Shown: positions 53,456 through 64,000 of the stretch, piece by piece
Numbering within the stretch: the first letter of the stretch is position 1
Layout: each line of letters opens with the position of its first letter
Source: the human T2T-CHM13v2.0 reference genome, Homo sapiens
Direction: 5' to 3' (one strand)
Length of the DNA stretch: 64,000 nucleotides
Assembly: GCF_009914755.1 (NCBI RefSeq)
Contig: NC_060926.1
The notes under the pieces: model-generated
Seen by the model: only the letters and a program-made list of their open reading frames with translations
Databases searched by the model: none
What the model was told of the DNA's origin: nothing
Made by a program: the position numbers and the translations under genes

Positions 53456-53845
53456 TGTGCCCCAACAGACCAAATCAAAATGCAGCTATTCATGCTAAAG
53501 TTCTGCATCCCTGAGTTTTTAATTACATTGTTTACCTGACTTAGTAAAAAATCAGGACGGATGCATAATAGCCAAATGCCAAAACAGGCCAGCTTTAGCC
53601 AGCATGATAAGGAAGTCCTCTATTCTTTCATCTATGCAAGAAGAGTAACCTGATGTTAACCATTTCGTTTGTTGTATTATTTTGTTTCTTTGTTCCTGTT
53701 CAAGAAACCTTACAGAAACTGGCTCTTGTCCCATACCCAGCACAGAAACTCTCTATTTTTGGATGAGATATTTTCTTATTTTTGAATCACAGATAGAAGC
53801 CAATTTGATCATTTAGCTAAATTTGCAAAAATTTTGTCTTTTCAT
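53456..53845 (+). mobile_element. Old ERV1-type solo LTR, subfamily undetermined
   Basis: TGTGCCCCAACAGACCAAATCAAAATG...TCATGCTAAAG start and TTTTGTCTTTTCA end resemble MER-class ERV1 LTRs. Confidence 0.45.
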
Positions 53846-53899
53846 ATCTTCAAATATACAATGAGAAAACCTGAAGAGATATGAGAAAATCTGGCCAAA

Positions 53900-53902
<3 letters not shown>

Positions 53903-53950
<48 letters not shown>
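53903..53950. repeat. (CA)n microsatellite
   Basis: Direct observation. Confidence 0.95.
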
Positions 53951-53951
<1 letters not shown>

Positions 53952-54245
53952 AGGAGTTGAACTGAGAACAGAAATAACATTTTCTGATTTGAAGGCAGTA
54001 GAATTTTTATTGTCTAATAACAGTAACTTTATTTTACATAATCTTGAATTTTTGGTTACTAGCAATGAGTCAGAGGAAAGCTCACGGGAGGACACCTGGG
54101 TAGACATTCCTCTCTGAGTCTGCAGCATCAACAGCTATAGTTAGTTGAAATGATAAATTAAATTATGCTGGCTAAATTGAGAACACAAGACAAGAACTCT
54201 ATGTATGCTACTATTATGCATTTGCTTTATTTTGCCACAAACAAC

Positions 54246-54518
54246 TTTCCTTTCTTTTCTTTTCTTTTCTTTTGAGACAGAGTCGTACTCTGGCACCCAG
54301 GGTGAAGTGCAGTGGCATAATCTCAGCTCACTGCAGCCTGCACCTTCTGGGTTCAAGCAAGTCTCCAGCCCCGTGTCTCAAGTAGCTGGGATTACAGATG
54401 CCCACCACCATGTCTGGCTAATTGTCGTAATTTTGGTAGAGACAGGGTTTCACTATGTTGCCCAGGCTCGTCTCGAACTCCTGACCTCAAGTTATCTGCC
54501 CGCCTCAGCCTCCCAACA
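54246..54518 (-). mobile_element. Alu, slightly 5'-truncated
   Basis: Reverse Alu. Confidence 0.88.
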
Positions 54519-55681
54519 TGTAATTTTCTTTTTTTAAGTATATGGTTAACACATCTTAGTTCCTTCCTGGGCTCATATTCCTTGATGTGATCTTTATGCT
54601 ACGGCTTTCCCAGAATTTCATCATAGACTGTGATCTCTTCGCATTTTGTATACTCTTCCTTAAATTTCATATCACTTCTCTGGTTTGAACTACACACATA
54701 CTATGTTTCCACATCAGTTTTTAATTTTATTTCTATGAAGAATTTTACTTCTGCCCCCCAAAATGTGACAAGGCAAATGGATCAATAACCTCTTCACGAG
54801 GTGAGAAGGAATCTTAGGTTTCTGATATAACTGGCAAGGTTCCCAGTGTCTTACCTTAATTTTATTTCTGAATTTTAGGAATGTCCCAGGTGATAATAAT
54901 TATAATAGAAGTTATCAAAACAGAAGAATGTAATAAATTTTTGGTTTAATGGCTGAGAAAATTTACCAACCTATATCTTAAATGTCCTTAGTGGCTAATA
55001 CCACCTGTATGTACAAGTAAATCTAAGCTAAATAAGATTAGCTACAAAATTTTCTTTGAATAAATGACAAACAAAATTGGTAACAAGGTAATTGAGAGTG
55101 TAATGGCTGCTGCTTATGGAAATTTTAGTGTCAATAGAGAATGCTCAGGAACTTTAGGTGGAAACAGAAAGGAAAATTGGGTTGAAAGCCCAGAAGGTAA
55201 AATTCCACAATGTGAGATCACTTGGAGAGACACAAATTTCAGAAGGTGATAGAATTTTCCTGTTGCCGAGTAAAGTGCTACAAAACATGTGTAGGAGGAG
55301 AAGAGAGAAAGTTAACTAAGCAGTCTAGGTAGTACAGACAGAAAGAATAAGGAAGCATTGCTGATAAGTATTTTCATAATTTGGATAATCACCTTGATTT
55401 AGCCACCAATTTAAGAGATTAAAAGACACATAAGATCCTTCTTGCCATATGATCCTCAGTTAGCCAGTTGCTGAATGGGGAAACACTGGACACCTCGACA
55501 GTGGTGAAAAGCAGAGTTTACTTATTCCTGAATACTCATTCCCGGTTCGAACTAAAAGCAACTCTTTAGTAAAGGATCACCTGATTTTCATTGAACACAA
55601 GCTCTGGGTATTTCTTCTGCTCTGTCTGTCATTGAATTTTTTTTTTCTTCTAAATCAAAGAAAAAAAAAAGATAAAGAAAA

Positions 55682-55872
55682 GGCCAGACACAGTGTCACA
55701 TGCCTCTAATCCCGATGCTTTGGGCGATTGAGGTAGGAGGGTTACTAGATTTCACGACTTTGAGACCATCATGGGCAACATAGCAAGACCTTGTCTCTGG
55801 CAAATAAAAACAAAAATAAAAAATAAATAAAATAAAATAAAAATAAATAAAATAAAGGAAATAAAAATAAAC
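55682..55872 (+). mobile_element. FLAM/Alu monomer with a (TAAAA)n tail
   Basis: GGCCAGACACAGTG... single arm followed by a long A-rich tail. Confidence 0.8.
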
Positions 55873-56685
55873 ATTTAATGTGTATTCAGCATTTCCAGAT
55901 ACATCTGGCAGCTCAGTGTGCTGCATGCCTAAGCTTGAAGGAAGAGGATGGGAACAGAAGTATTGTAGAAAGCACCACGTCATTTCCTGACATTCAGGTC
56001 CTCTTGCTCAGGATGCTTTTTCAGTTTTCTCGCTGAACAGGAGATGGCAACAAATTTCACTTTCTTGCAAATAGAGATGAAATCCAGTTGTTGAAAGTAA
56101 CAGTCGTTTTTTTTTGATTACCTCCTCTATTTAGATAAGTAGATGTAAAAAATAGCCCCCATTTACTTAAAATTGGGATCTTTATTAGAGTAAATTAGCC
56201 TGTGCCCTAACTGATCCCATGAGAGGTTTTTGCTGATTCTGGGTATCTGTGAGAAATGTACCCTCAGGTTTATGAGACTGAATGAATTACAGATGATACA
56301 AATTCTTTACATATTAGTCATAATTGATCCCTTGTTTATAATCCAAGATATTTTCTTTCCTTTTTTTGTTTTAACATAGGTTTCTCAATTTATTATAAAA
56401 ATATGCACTCTCTATCATCTGTATTCCTCTTTATGATGTAAGTGTGTTTTGTATATTTCTACAGTAAATGAGATGGAAATCATTTTATTCTTAGTGAGTA
56501 GCTTAATATGTATGTCAGTTTAATTCCCGACAGTCTCCATCATTGTAAGTCCTTTTTTATATTTTCTTATCACTAAGAATCTTCGTATTTTCCTGGTACA
56601 TGTTGGCCATCCTCAGAAAATTTCACAATCAACCTTATAGAATAAAAATAAGATACAATTGTTTCAAATATATAAATAATGAAAG

Positions 56686-56735
56686 TTCATTAGCATGTGA
56701 ATCTTGACACTTCATTAGCATGTGAATCTTGACAC
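56686..56735. repeat. Perfect 25-bp tandem duplication, TTCATTAGCATGTGAATCTTGACAC x2
   Basis: Direct observation. Confidence 0.95.
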
Positions 56736-56957
56736 TAATCTTCTTACGTTTTTTGACATTATCCTTTAATATTTTCTATCATATTATGCTACCCATATTT
56801 TGGGAAAATTTCCTAATTCTATTACAGAAAAATATTTGTTTATATTAATTCTTTTATTCTTATGTAAGGAGAATATTAAGAACTTCATATATCCAGAGCA
56901 CAACAATCCATGTCTAGAACAAAGCAGGCATTTTTGTAAACATATATTCACATACAA

Positions 56958-57256
56958 CTTTTTTTTTTTTTTTTTTTGAGACGAGGTCTCATTCTGTCAC
57001 CCAGGCTGGAGTACTGTGGTGCAATCTTAGCTTATTTTAGCCTTAAACTCCCAGACTGAAGGGGTCCTCCCATCTCAGCCTTGTGAGTAGCTAAGATTAC
57101 AGGTGTGAGCCACCACGTATGGCTTATATATACATATATATTTTGTAGCGATGGGGTGTTGCTGTATTGCCTAGGCTGGTCTCAAACCTCAAGCAATCTT
57201 CCTGCCACGACCTTCCAAAGTGCTGGGATCACAGGCATGAGCTGCCATGCCAAGCC
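56958..57256 (-). mobile_element. Alu (AluJ-like)
   Basis: Reverse Alu with a T tail. Confidence 0.88.
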
Positions 57257-57590
57257 ATAAAAAACTTTAAATTGTGTTTTTGTGTAAACAGTTGAAATGC
57301 GGTGATGAAGGGTGCTATTAAGGTTATGAAAAAAATGGCTTTGAGCCTAAATGTAAAAGATTACATAAACTCCATTTTATTGACAAGATGAGATGCAAAG
57401 TCATCTCCTGAGAAAGAAAGAGAAGGTGGATTGGGCTTGATGTTGCAGTAAAGTTATAGATTATTCAGTGATGAGATGGAGTGAAAGTGGTAAATTATGT
57501 GGTAAATATTATTTTTATTAATATTTTAATATTACAGCAGATATTTATTTTTTATTGTGTTAGGTATTATAATAAACTCTTTAGTGGCAC

Positions 57591-58709
57591 TGAGAAATGA
57601 CAACATGCTAGCAGCCCTCGCTCGCTCTGGGTGCCTCCTCAGCCTCGGTGTCTACTCTGGCCGCGCTCCAGGAGCCCTTCAGCCTGCTGCTGCGCTATGA
57701 GGGACCCCTCTGGTGCTGGCCTAGGCCAGAGCTGGCTACCTCTGCTGAAGGGGAAGTGTGAAGAGAGACGCGCCAGCAGGAGCCTGGGCCGCACGCATCT
57801 CTTGCGGGCTAGCGAGGGTTCGGCAAGTCCCGCACTCAGCGCAGCCCGTCGGAGCCTGCTGGGCTTGATAGGAGGCTCAATCCCGTGCGTGGGACCCCTG
57901 TTCCCTTTTCGCGGGATCGTTAGCCACGTTAGTAGGTCTCTGTCTCTTTCTCGCTTCCCCTCTTTTCCTCTAGATTGTCTGGGACGAGATCCCTCTGGGA
58001 TGCCAGAGTGCCCGGGCTAGGTGCCACAAAGTCCAGCGGCAAGTGCCAGTGAGAGGTGAAGCCAGTTGGGCTTCTGGGATGGGTGGGGACTTGGAGAACT
58101 TTTCTGTCTAGCTAAAGGATTGTAGACGCACCAATCAGCACTCTGTGTCTAGCTAAAGGTTTGTAAACACACCAATCAGGGCTCTGTGTCTAGCTAATCA
58201 GGTGGGGACACAGAGAACTTTTCTGTCTAGCTAAGGGAGTGTAAAAACTCCAATCAGCACTCTGTCAAAATAGACCAATCAACTCTCTGTAAAATGGACC
58301 AATCAGCTCTCTGCAAAATGGACCAATCAGCAGGACGTGGGTGTGGCCAGAGAAGGAATAAAAGCAGGCCACCTGCGCCAGCAGGCGCAACCTACTAGAG
58401 TCCCTTACCACACTGTTACACTGTGGAAGCATTGTTCTTTTTGTTATTTAAAATAAATCTTGCTGCTGTTCACTGTTTGGGTCCACCCCGTGTTTATGAG
58501 CTATAACACTCACCTCAAGGTCTGCAGCTTCACTCCTGAAGTCAATGAGACCACGAACCCACCAGAAGGAAGAAGCTCTGTACACATTTGAACATCTGAA
58601 GGAACAAACTCTTGACATACTGTCTTTAAGAACTGTAACACTCACCGCCAGGGGCCGTGGCTTCGTTCTTGAAATCAGCGAGACCGAGAACCCACCAATT
58701 CTGGATACA
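57591..58709 (+). mobile_element. LTR12-family (ERV9) solo LTR
   Basis: TGAGAAATGACAACATGCTAGCAGCCCTCGCTCGCTC start, CCACCAATTCTGGATACA end, six CCAATC boxes in tandem U3 repeats, AATAAAA box at ~58357, and a 4-bp GCAC/GCAT target-site duplication. Confidence 0.92.
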
Positions 58710-59009
58710 GCATGATGTGACCTGACTCTCAACCAGTGGTCGTTGGAATGTTGGTCTATTACCCACATTTCACTGGAGACGGCAACACACTGCAAAATGA
58801 AGAGTACAGATGTGGGAGACTAGTTGCCTTAGTTCAGATCTGTTAAATTTCCCACAGTTCAGTTTTTTATTGTAAATATTGGATTATAGAGGTTTTTATA
58901 TTTGAAGCATTTAAAACACATGCGTACCACATGATAAGTTCTCAATAAATGTAAGCTTTGTAAGCTCTCATCACTAGGCTTGATAATTGACAACACTTTG
59001 GCAAAGTGA

Positions 59010-59495
59010 GTTAAGCTCAATGCAGGGAAGCTGAGCCTCAAAATGGGGCTTAACCTTTGAGAGTCCTTGACTTTGCCCAGGAAAGGATTCAAGGGCAAGC
59101 CAAAGGTAGAGGTAAACAGCTTTATTGAAGCAGTAGCGTTTCAGCTCTGGTGATGTTACAGCTTTGTGGCTGCTCCCACAGAGCAGGGCTACTCCATGGG
59201 CAGAGATTAGCAGCTCACAGCAGTTTTGCAGTCATGGTTACACCTACTTTTAATAGCATGTAGACTAAGGGGTTTATGCAGAAATTTCTAGAGAAAGGGT
59301 AATTTGGGATGTCAAGTCATTGCCATGGAATGGGTGATAACTCCTGGGTGTTGCCATGGCAATGGTAACCTGCTCTGGCACACTGGTGGGCGTGTCTTTT
59401 GGAAAGCTGCTTCTGCCTGGTCCCTGTTTTAGCTAACCTCAACTTGGTTTGGTGTCTGAGCCCTACCTCGAAAGTCAAGTTTAGCCTCCTACCTT
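59010..59495 (-). mobile_element. MER50-like ERV1 LTR
   Basis: The reverse strand starts AGGTAGGAGGCTAAACTTGAC...AGCTAAAACAGGGACC; TTGCCATGGCAA motifs are present. Confidence 0.65.
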
Positions 59496-60374
59496 GAGGA
59501 GACTTGTTCAAGACCCCACAGCAACACTCATTCCCCGGTATGGAAGACAGTGATGTTGACCAAGCTTTAGGTTTTGTTTTTTTTCTGTTAACAAGCATTT
59601 GTTAATTTCCACAGTATACCGAAGAAGTACGTTTGATAGTGGAAACACACTAGTGAATGTGTAATTAACTGTGGCAGAACAATTATTAAAACAAAAACCA
59701 AGGGGATATTGTATGATGGTGAAATGAGAATAGAAAGAAGGGAGTATATGTCTACATTTTGTTCTTCTATTCTCCCATCTCTTCTCTTATGGCCTGGGGG
59801 ATGACCTCAAATTAAATTAAAATGAAACAAACTGCCAGGAATGGTGGCCAGCTCCTATATTCCTGACTACTCCATAGGCTGAGGGAGGAGCATCCCTTGA
59901 GCCCAGGAGTATGAGTTCAGCCTGGGGAACATAGTGAGACCCTATCTCCATTTTAAAAATTCAGTCTATCTCTCTATCCAAATATATATAAATAAAATGA
60001 ATAATGAATAACTGCCATGACTTTATCACACACCCACACATTAGGCTTCTGTGCTAATACACTCTCTATACTCCCTGCATCCCAACAAACAGGAATCTTT
60101 CTAAAAAGATGAAAAATGGATGAGGTTTAAAATAAGCTTCTAGAATTTAATTGGTTTTCACATCAACCTAAAATCCTAAAAAACGCAAACCATTAAATTA
60201 ATGCTCCTATCTTTAACATCAAAGTTTTCAAATCTCTCTTATGCATTTTTAAATTTAATTATTCAAATATTTGTTACATTTCCATTATGTCCTAGACGTT
60301 ATATTAACTGATTGTTATTATTTCCTGGAGTGTAGTCGTAAATAAAACTGACATTTCTTTAAGTTTTAGATTTT

Positions 60375-60790
60375 ATACTATTAGAAAAGAAAAGCACCAG
60401 TGGGCTTGTGTTTCATTGTGCTCTTTTAGCTTACCTTTCCACAGCTGGCTGGTGTTAACCAGCTCAATTAGACCCTCTGCCTTTTTGCAAGGACAGAGGG
60501 CTTTCTGTATCCTGGGGTTGTTGCCTGAGTGTACCAGAGAACTCGGATCATATGTGGGCTTGGAGAATGAGTGCAAGATTTATTGGTTGGTGAAAGCAGC
60601 TTTCAGCAGATAAATGGTGTGCCAGAAGGGGGATGGAGTGGGAAGGTGGTGTTCCCCTGCAGTAAAACGTCTCAGCAGCAGGGCTCGCCTCCAAGAGCTC
60701 TCAGCTGATTTCCATGTCATTCTACCATTAATGGCTGCCAGCATCTGCTGGTGCCTGTCAGTGTGCTCTTCTTCTTTAGTGCCAGACTTC
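60375..60790 (-). mobile_element. ERV1 LTR fragment (MER50/MER61/MER52 group)
   Basis: Reverse strand reads GGATACAGAAAGCCCTCTGTCCTTGC...GGTCTAATTGAGCTGGTTAACAC. Confidence 0.55.
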
Positions 60791-62062
60791 TCTAGAGGCT
60801 TACAGGCTTCTAACCCTTTACAGTTTGTTTAATCTATTTTTCAGAGCATCAACTGATTATATATATGTGTATGTGTGTGTATATATATGTGTGTGTGTGT
60901 GTATATATATATAATGTAAACAACAAATCATCCACACTTTCTCACTTCTAAAATAGTTTCCCCTTCTCTCTCCTGCTGCTTCCCCTGGTGATTTTCCCAC
61001 CATCCAGGAAACAACACTTTATCTTTCACCTATCCAGGATTTGGAGGTATAAAAAAATCAGAAATTGAGATGCTTGTTTTCTTTCATTCTTCTTTTGTTT
61101 ATTTATTTATGTATTGGTGTTTGCTTTTTCTCCTTTTTTTTCCCAATACTTTCTTTGCATCTGTCCAGTAAAATCACTGAGTATGGTGACATAATAGATG
61201 ACTACATAAGGTGGGGGAGCAAAAGTAGAACCAGGAAAAAGTAATATTAATATCTTGATCATGTATGCCTTCGCTTTAGTAGATCCTGTTTGATATTTGT
61301 GGAAACTGAAAGAACACCTGCTAAAATCCAGGTACACGTGCACCTGTGTAATATGTCTCCAAACACCTGTAAAAAAAAAATAGAAAGGGTTTGTGCTTTC
61401 TACAAGATGAATCTTCCACTAAGTTCAGTGTGAGATCTGGAGGCAGTTTCTGAAAATATTATTTTCCTGCCATTTTCCCTTCTGGAAAGCATTTTATATT
61501 TCTTCTCTAATGAAAAACATAGTCTATCATATTGTTATGAATTAATGTCCTAGTGAAGTCAGAGTCTTGAAGACATTCTTTATACAAGTGAAGGGAGAAA
61601 AGGCCCAGAGTCTATCTTCTGCAGTAACCATGAAGAACCTATCCAGTCATCTTCCCTAGGCCCTATTATAAAAGTGAATGGATGAAAAATAATATTTAGA
61701 TTCCCCAAACTCCCAGTCTTGCCATGTCTCCAAACTGACCTAATGTAAATGAATTTCTCACTATTTTATAAATGTTCAAAAAGCCAAATATATTATTGAC
61801 CGTAGATGGGGAATATTTATTAGGGCTGTTACCTTGACCATTCCACAAAGTTTTGTTGCTGGTGGATAAAGTAAGAGGGACCTTTTTTTCTGGTAAAATC
61901 CCTGGGAGGGGCTATACTCTACCCACAAAGTAGCATGAGTTATGGAAATGTGTTTCTGGAAAGAAGTCGTGGAAATACAGGGAAGAAGGCATTTCAGGAA
62001 AGAGGAAGAACACCTGTGCACATGAATGTTCCACATCCTGATACCCCATGGTCAGTCAGTAC

Positions 62063-62293
62063 CTGGATTAGCTCCACATCTGGTTTATGGGACTTTTCCT
62101 TCAGCTCCTCATACATTCCTTTTAAAATCTCCCTCTCATGGGCCATTCTGGCATCGCTTTTATGGAGTTGCTAAAAATTGTCTTCGTCCTCCTTTTGAAG
62201 CATCTGCAAGTGATGTTGCTGTTCTTCATGGAGAAATGCAGGCATCTTCTGATATTCAGCTCTGATTGCTTCTATCTTTAAATTCACATAATC
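62063..62293 (-). pseudogene. TRIM51/TRIM49-like 231-nt coiled-coil exon with an in-frame TAG (62173-62171)
   Basis: ctgcAG...GTactg boundaries. DYVNLKIEAIRAEYQKMPAFLHEEQQHHLQMLQKEDEDNF*QLHKSDARMAHEREILKGMYEELKEKSHKPDVELIQ closely resembles TRIM49/TRIM51. The RING/B-box exons would lie beyond the window end. Confidence 0.88.
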
Positions 62294-62951
62294 CTGCAGT
62301 AACAACGGGTTAGTCAAAAACAAAACCGACGTACTCATCTCCTATTGAATCTCACTGGTTCCTCTTTGTCTCTTGAACATCCCATATTTTAACTCTTAGT
62401 CTTGCCAATTCTCAGACTATACGAAATTTTACTCTGTTTTCTTTTCTGCATGAAGATCAACGAACATAGATGTATCTAACCAAATATATTCACTTTATTC
62501 GTGATAAAGTGTTTTTTCTAAGATAGTCATAAAGAAGAAAAACAAATTGGATTCCTCTTTTCCAACTCATATTTATAGAAAAGTAAGACAGTTCGGGCTT
62601 AATAGTTAGACTCTAGAGCTATATTGACTAGAAAGGGAATAATTATTTTCATTTCTGAAATTTGGGGCAAGTTATTTAAATTCATTATGTGTGAAATAGC
62701 CTCAGACTAGCATGCTCAACTCAATGCATTTCACCAAGCAAAACCTATGCTAATAAGGCTTCATTTATGATCTGGCCTTCTTTGTCTATCTAATCTCATT
62801 TCTTTCCATTGTTTTTCATACTGACTTTAACATAAAACATAAACTTCTTTGTGGTTCCTCAGCCCTCAAAATAAACACAAACTCAATATTACTGCACATG
62901 TTGTTTTCTTCACCTAGAATTCTCTCTGCCTCTCTTTCTCTCTCTAAGCAT

Positions 62952-63002
<51 letters not shown>
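62952..63002. repeat. (CA)n microsatellite
   Basis: Direct observation. Confidence 0.95.
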
Positions 63003-63006
<4 letters not shown>

Positions 63007-63894
63007 TGTTTGCCTTCCTCTTCAAGACGTTGTCTCAATATGAATTTTTCATTGAGGCATTTTCTGACCACCCTGTTTAAAACTCAAACTCTCGTCTCCA
63101 GTCCATGGCCTCTGTTCTCTTTTTCTAAGACCTTGGTATTTCAAATGAGCTAAGGATTCTTCATTTGAAATTGTCCAGTTGGAAGTCCTCTCTGACAGAG
63201 TTTCCCTTACTTGTGATTCAGAAATCCATCCACAGTCTCCTTTTAAAGTTACTTTTTGGATTTATAAAAAGTTGCATTCCACAAATACACTTTTAACCCC
63301 TCGGTTTTTCTGGACCATCAAAGCATTGCTCATCTGCCGAGAATCACAGGTATTGAAAACCACCTTAGACAGCAAATTCTCCCTTATGCAGGCATTTTTC
63401 TGAACCTGGACAACTGTTACTGTTTATTCACCCGGAAAATTTCCATTCATTCTTCAAGACTCATGCAAACGATTTGATCTTTGATTCTATATGTCCAATA
63501 GATAGATATTTGTGGCAGTTTCCATGTTGTACTGGGATTGTTGCTTTACTAGTGTGTCTGTTACTTCTACTAGATTGTGAGGTCTGGTTGAAAGAACTTC
63601 TCCTTTATTGTATCTCTGCCTCCACTTTCATGGCCTGACCTGGATTTTACCATTATAGAAAACTGCTAATCACAAAGTCTGCAATCACAAAGTCAAGAAT
63701 CTCGCTTTATAATCAACGTTTCTTTTCTTTTTAGATTGGTTTTTCTGTATATGAGTTTAAATCTGTCTGATTACCTTTGGACCACAGTTTATTACTCTCT
63801 GTGGTTCTTGCAATTTGGGGGCTTCATCTTTTTTAACACTTCTCTTACTTCGGATCTTCTAGTGCATAATTTCAAAAATTTAGCACGAAAGGTA

Positions 63895-64000
63895 AGAAAG
63901 CAGAGTGCAGTTGATCATGCCTGTAATACCAGCCATTGGAAGGCTGCAGTGGGACGTTTCATGATTCAAGAAGTTTGAGACCAGCCTGGTCGACACTGTG
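63895..64000 (+). mobile_element. Diverged Alu 5' part running off the window
   Basis: CATGCCTGTAATACCAGC...AGTTTGAGACCAGCCTGG. Confidence 0.75.

Noticed and set aside
61718-61740. Possible 23-nt TRIM micro-exon (GTCAGTTTGGAGACATGGCAAG, minus strand)
   Set aside because: No GT donor follows and the similarity is too short to support a call.

Overview
Primate, most likely human, genomic DNA. The gene content points to chr2q11.1 just downstream of KCNIP3 (recalled, not looked up). The window is a duplication mosaic in three parts. (1) 1-6.8 kb: the last five coding exons of FAHD2A (+), followed tail-to-tail by a 5'-truncated remnant of the last three GPAT2 exons (-) that breaks off mid-exon at ~6779. 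(2) ~6.8-27.5 kb: a repeat-rich block (MIR/L2/MaLR) with no gene I recognise and one CpG-rich patch. (3) ~27.6-64 kb: an increasingly AT-rich block of the TRIM43/49/51/64/77-UBTFL early-embryo gene-cluster type. It holds an internally deleted CDON processed pseudogene inserted in an L1, a TRIM77-like pseudogene, an intact intronless 393-aa UBTFL ORF, a highly diverged CREB1-like retrocopy with its own acceptor and ATG, a solo LTR12, and a TRIM51/49-like exon with a nonsense codon. Family assignments come from manual translation and remembered protein and repeat consensus sequences; no database search was run. Repeat boundaries are approximate.
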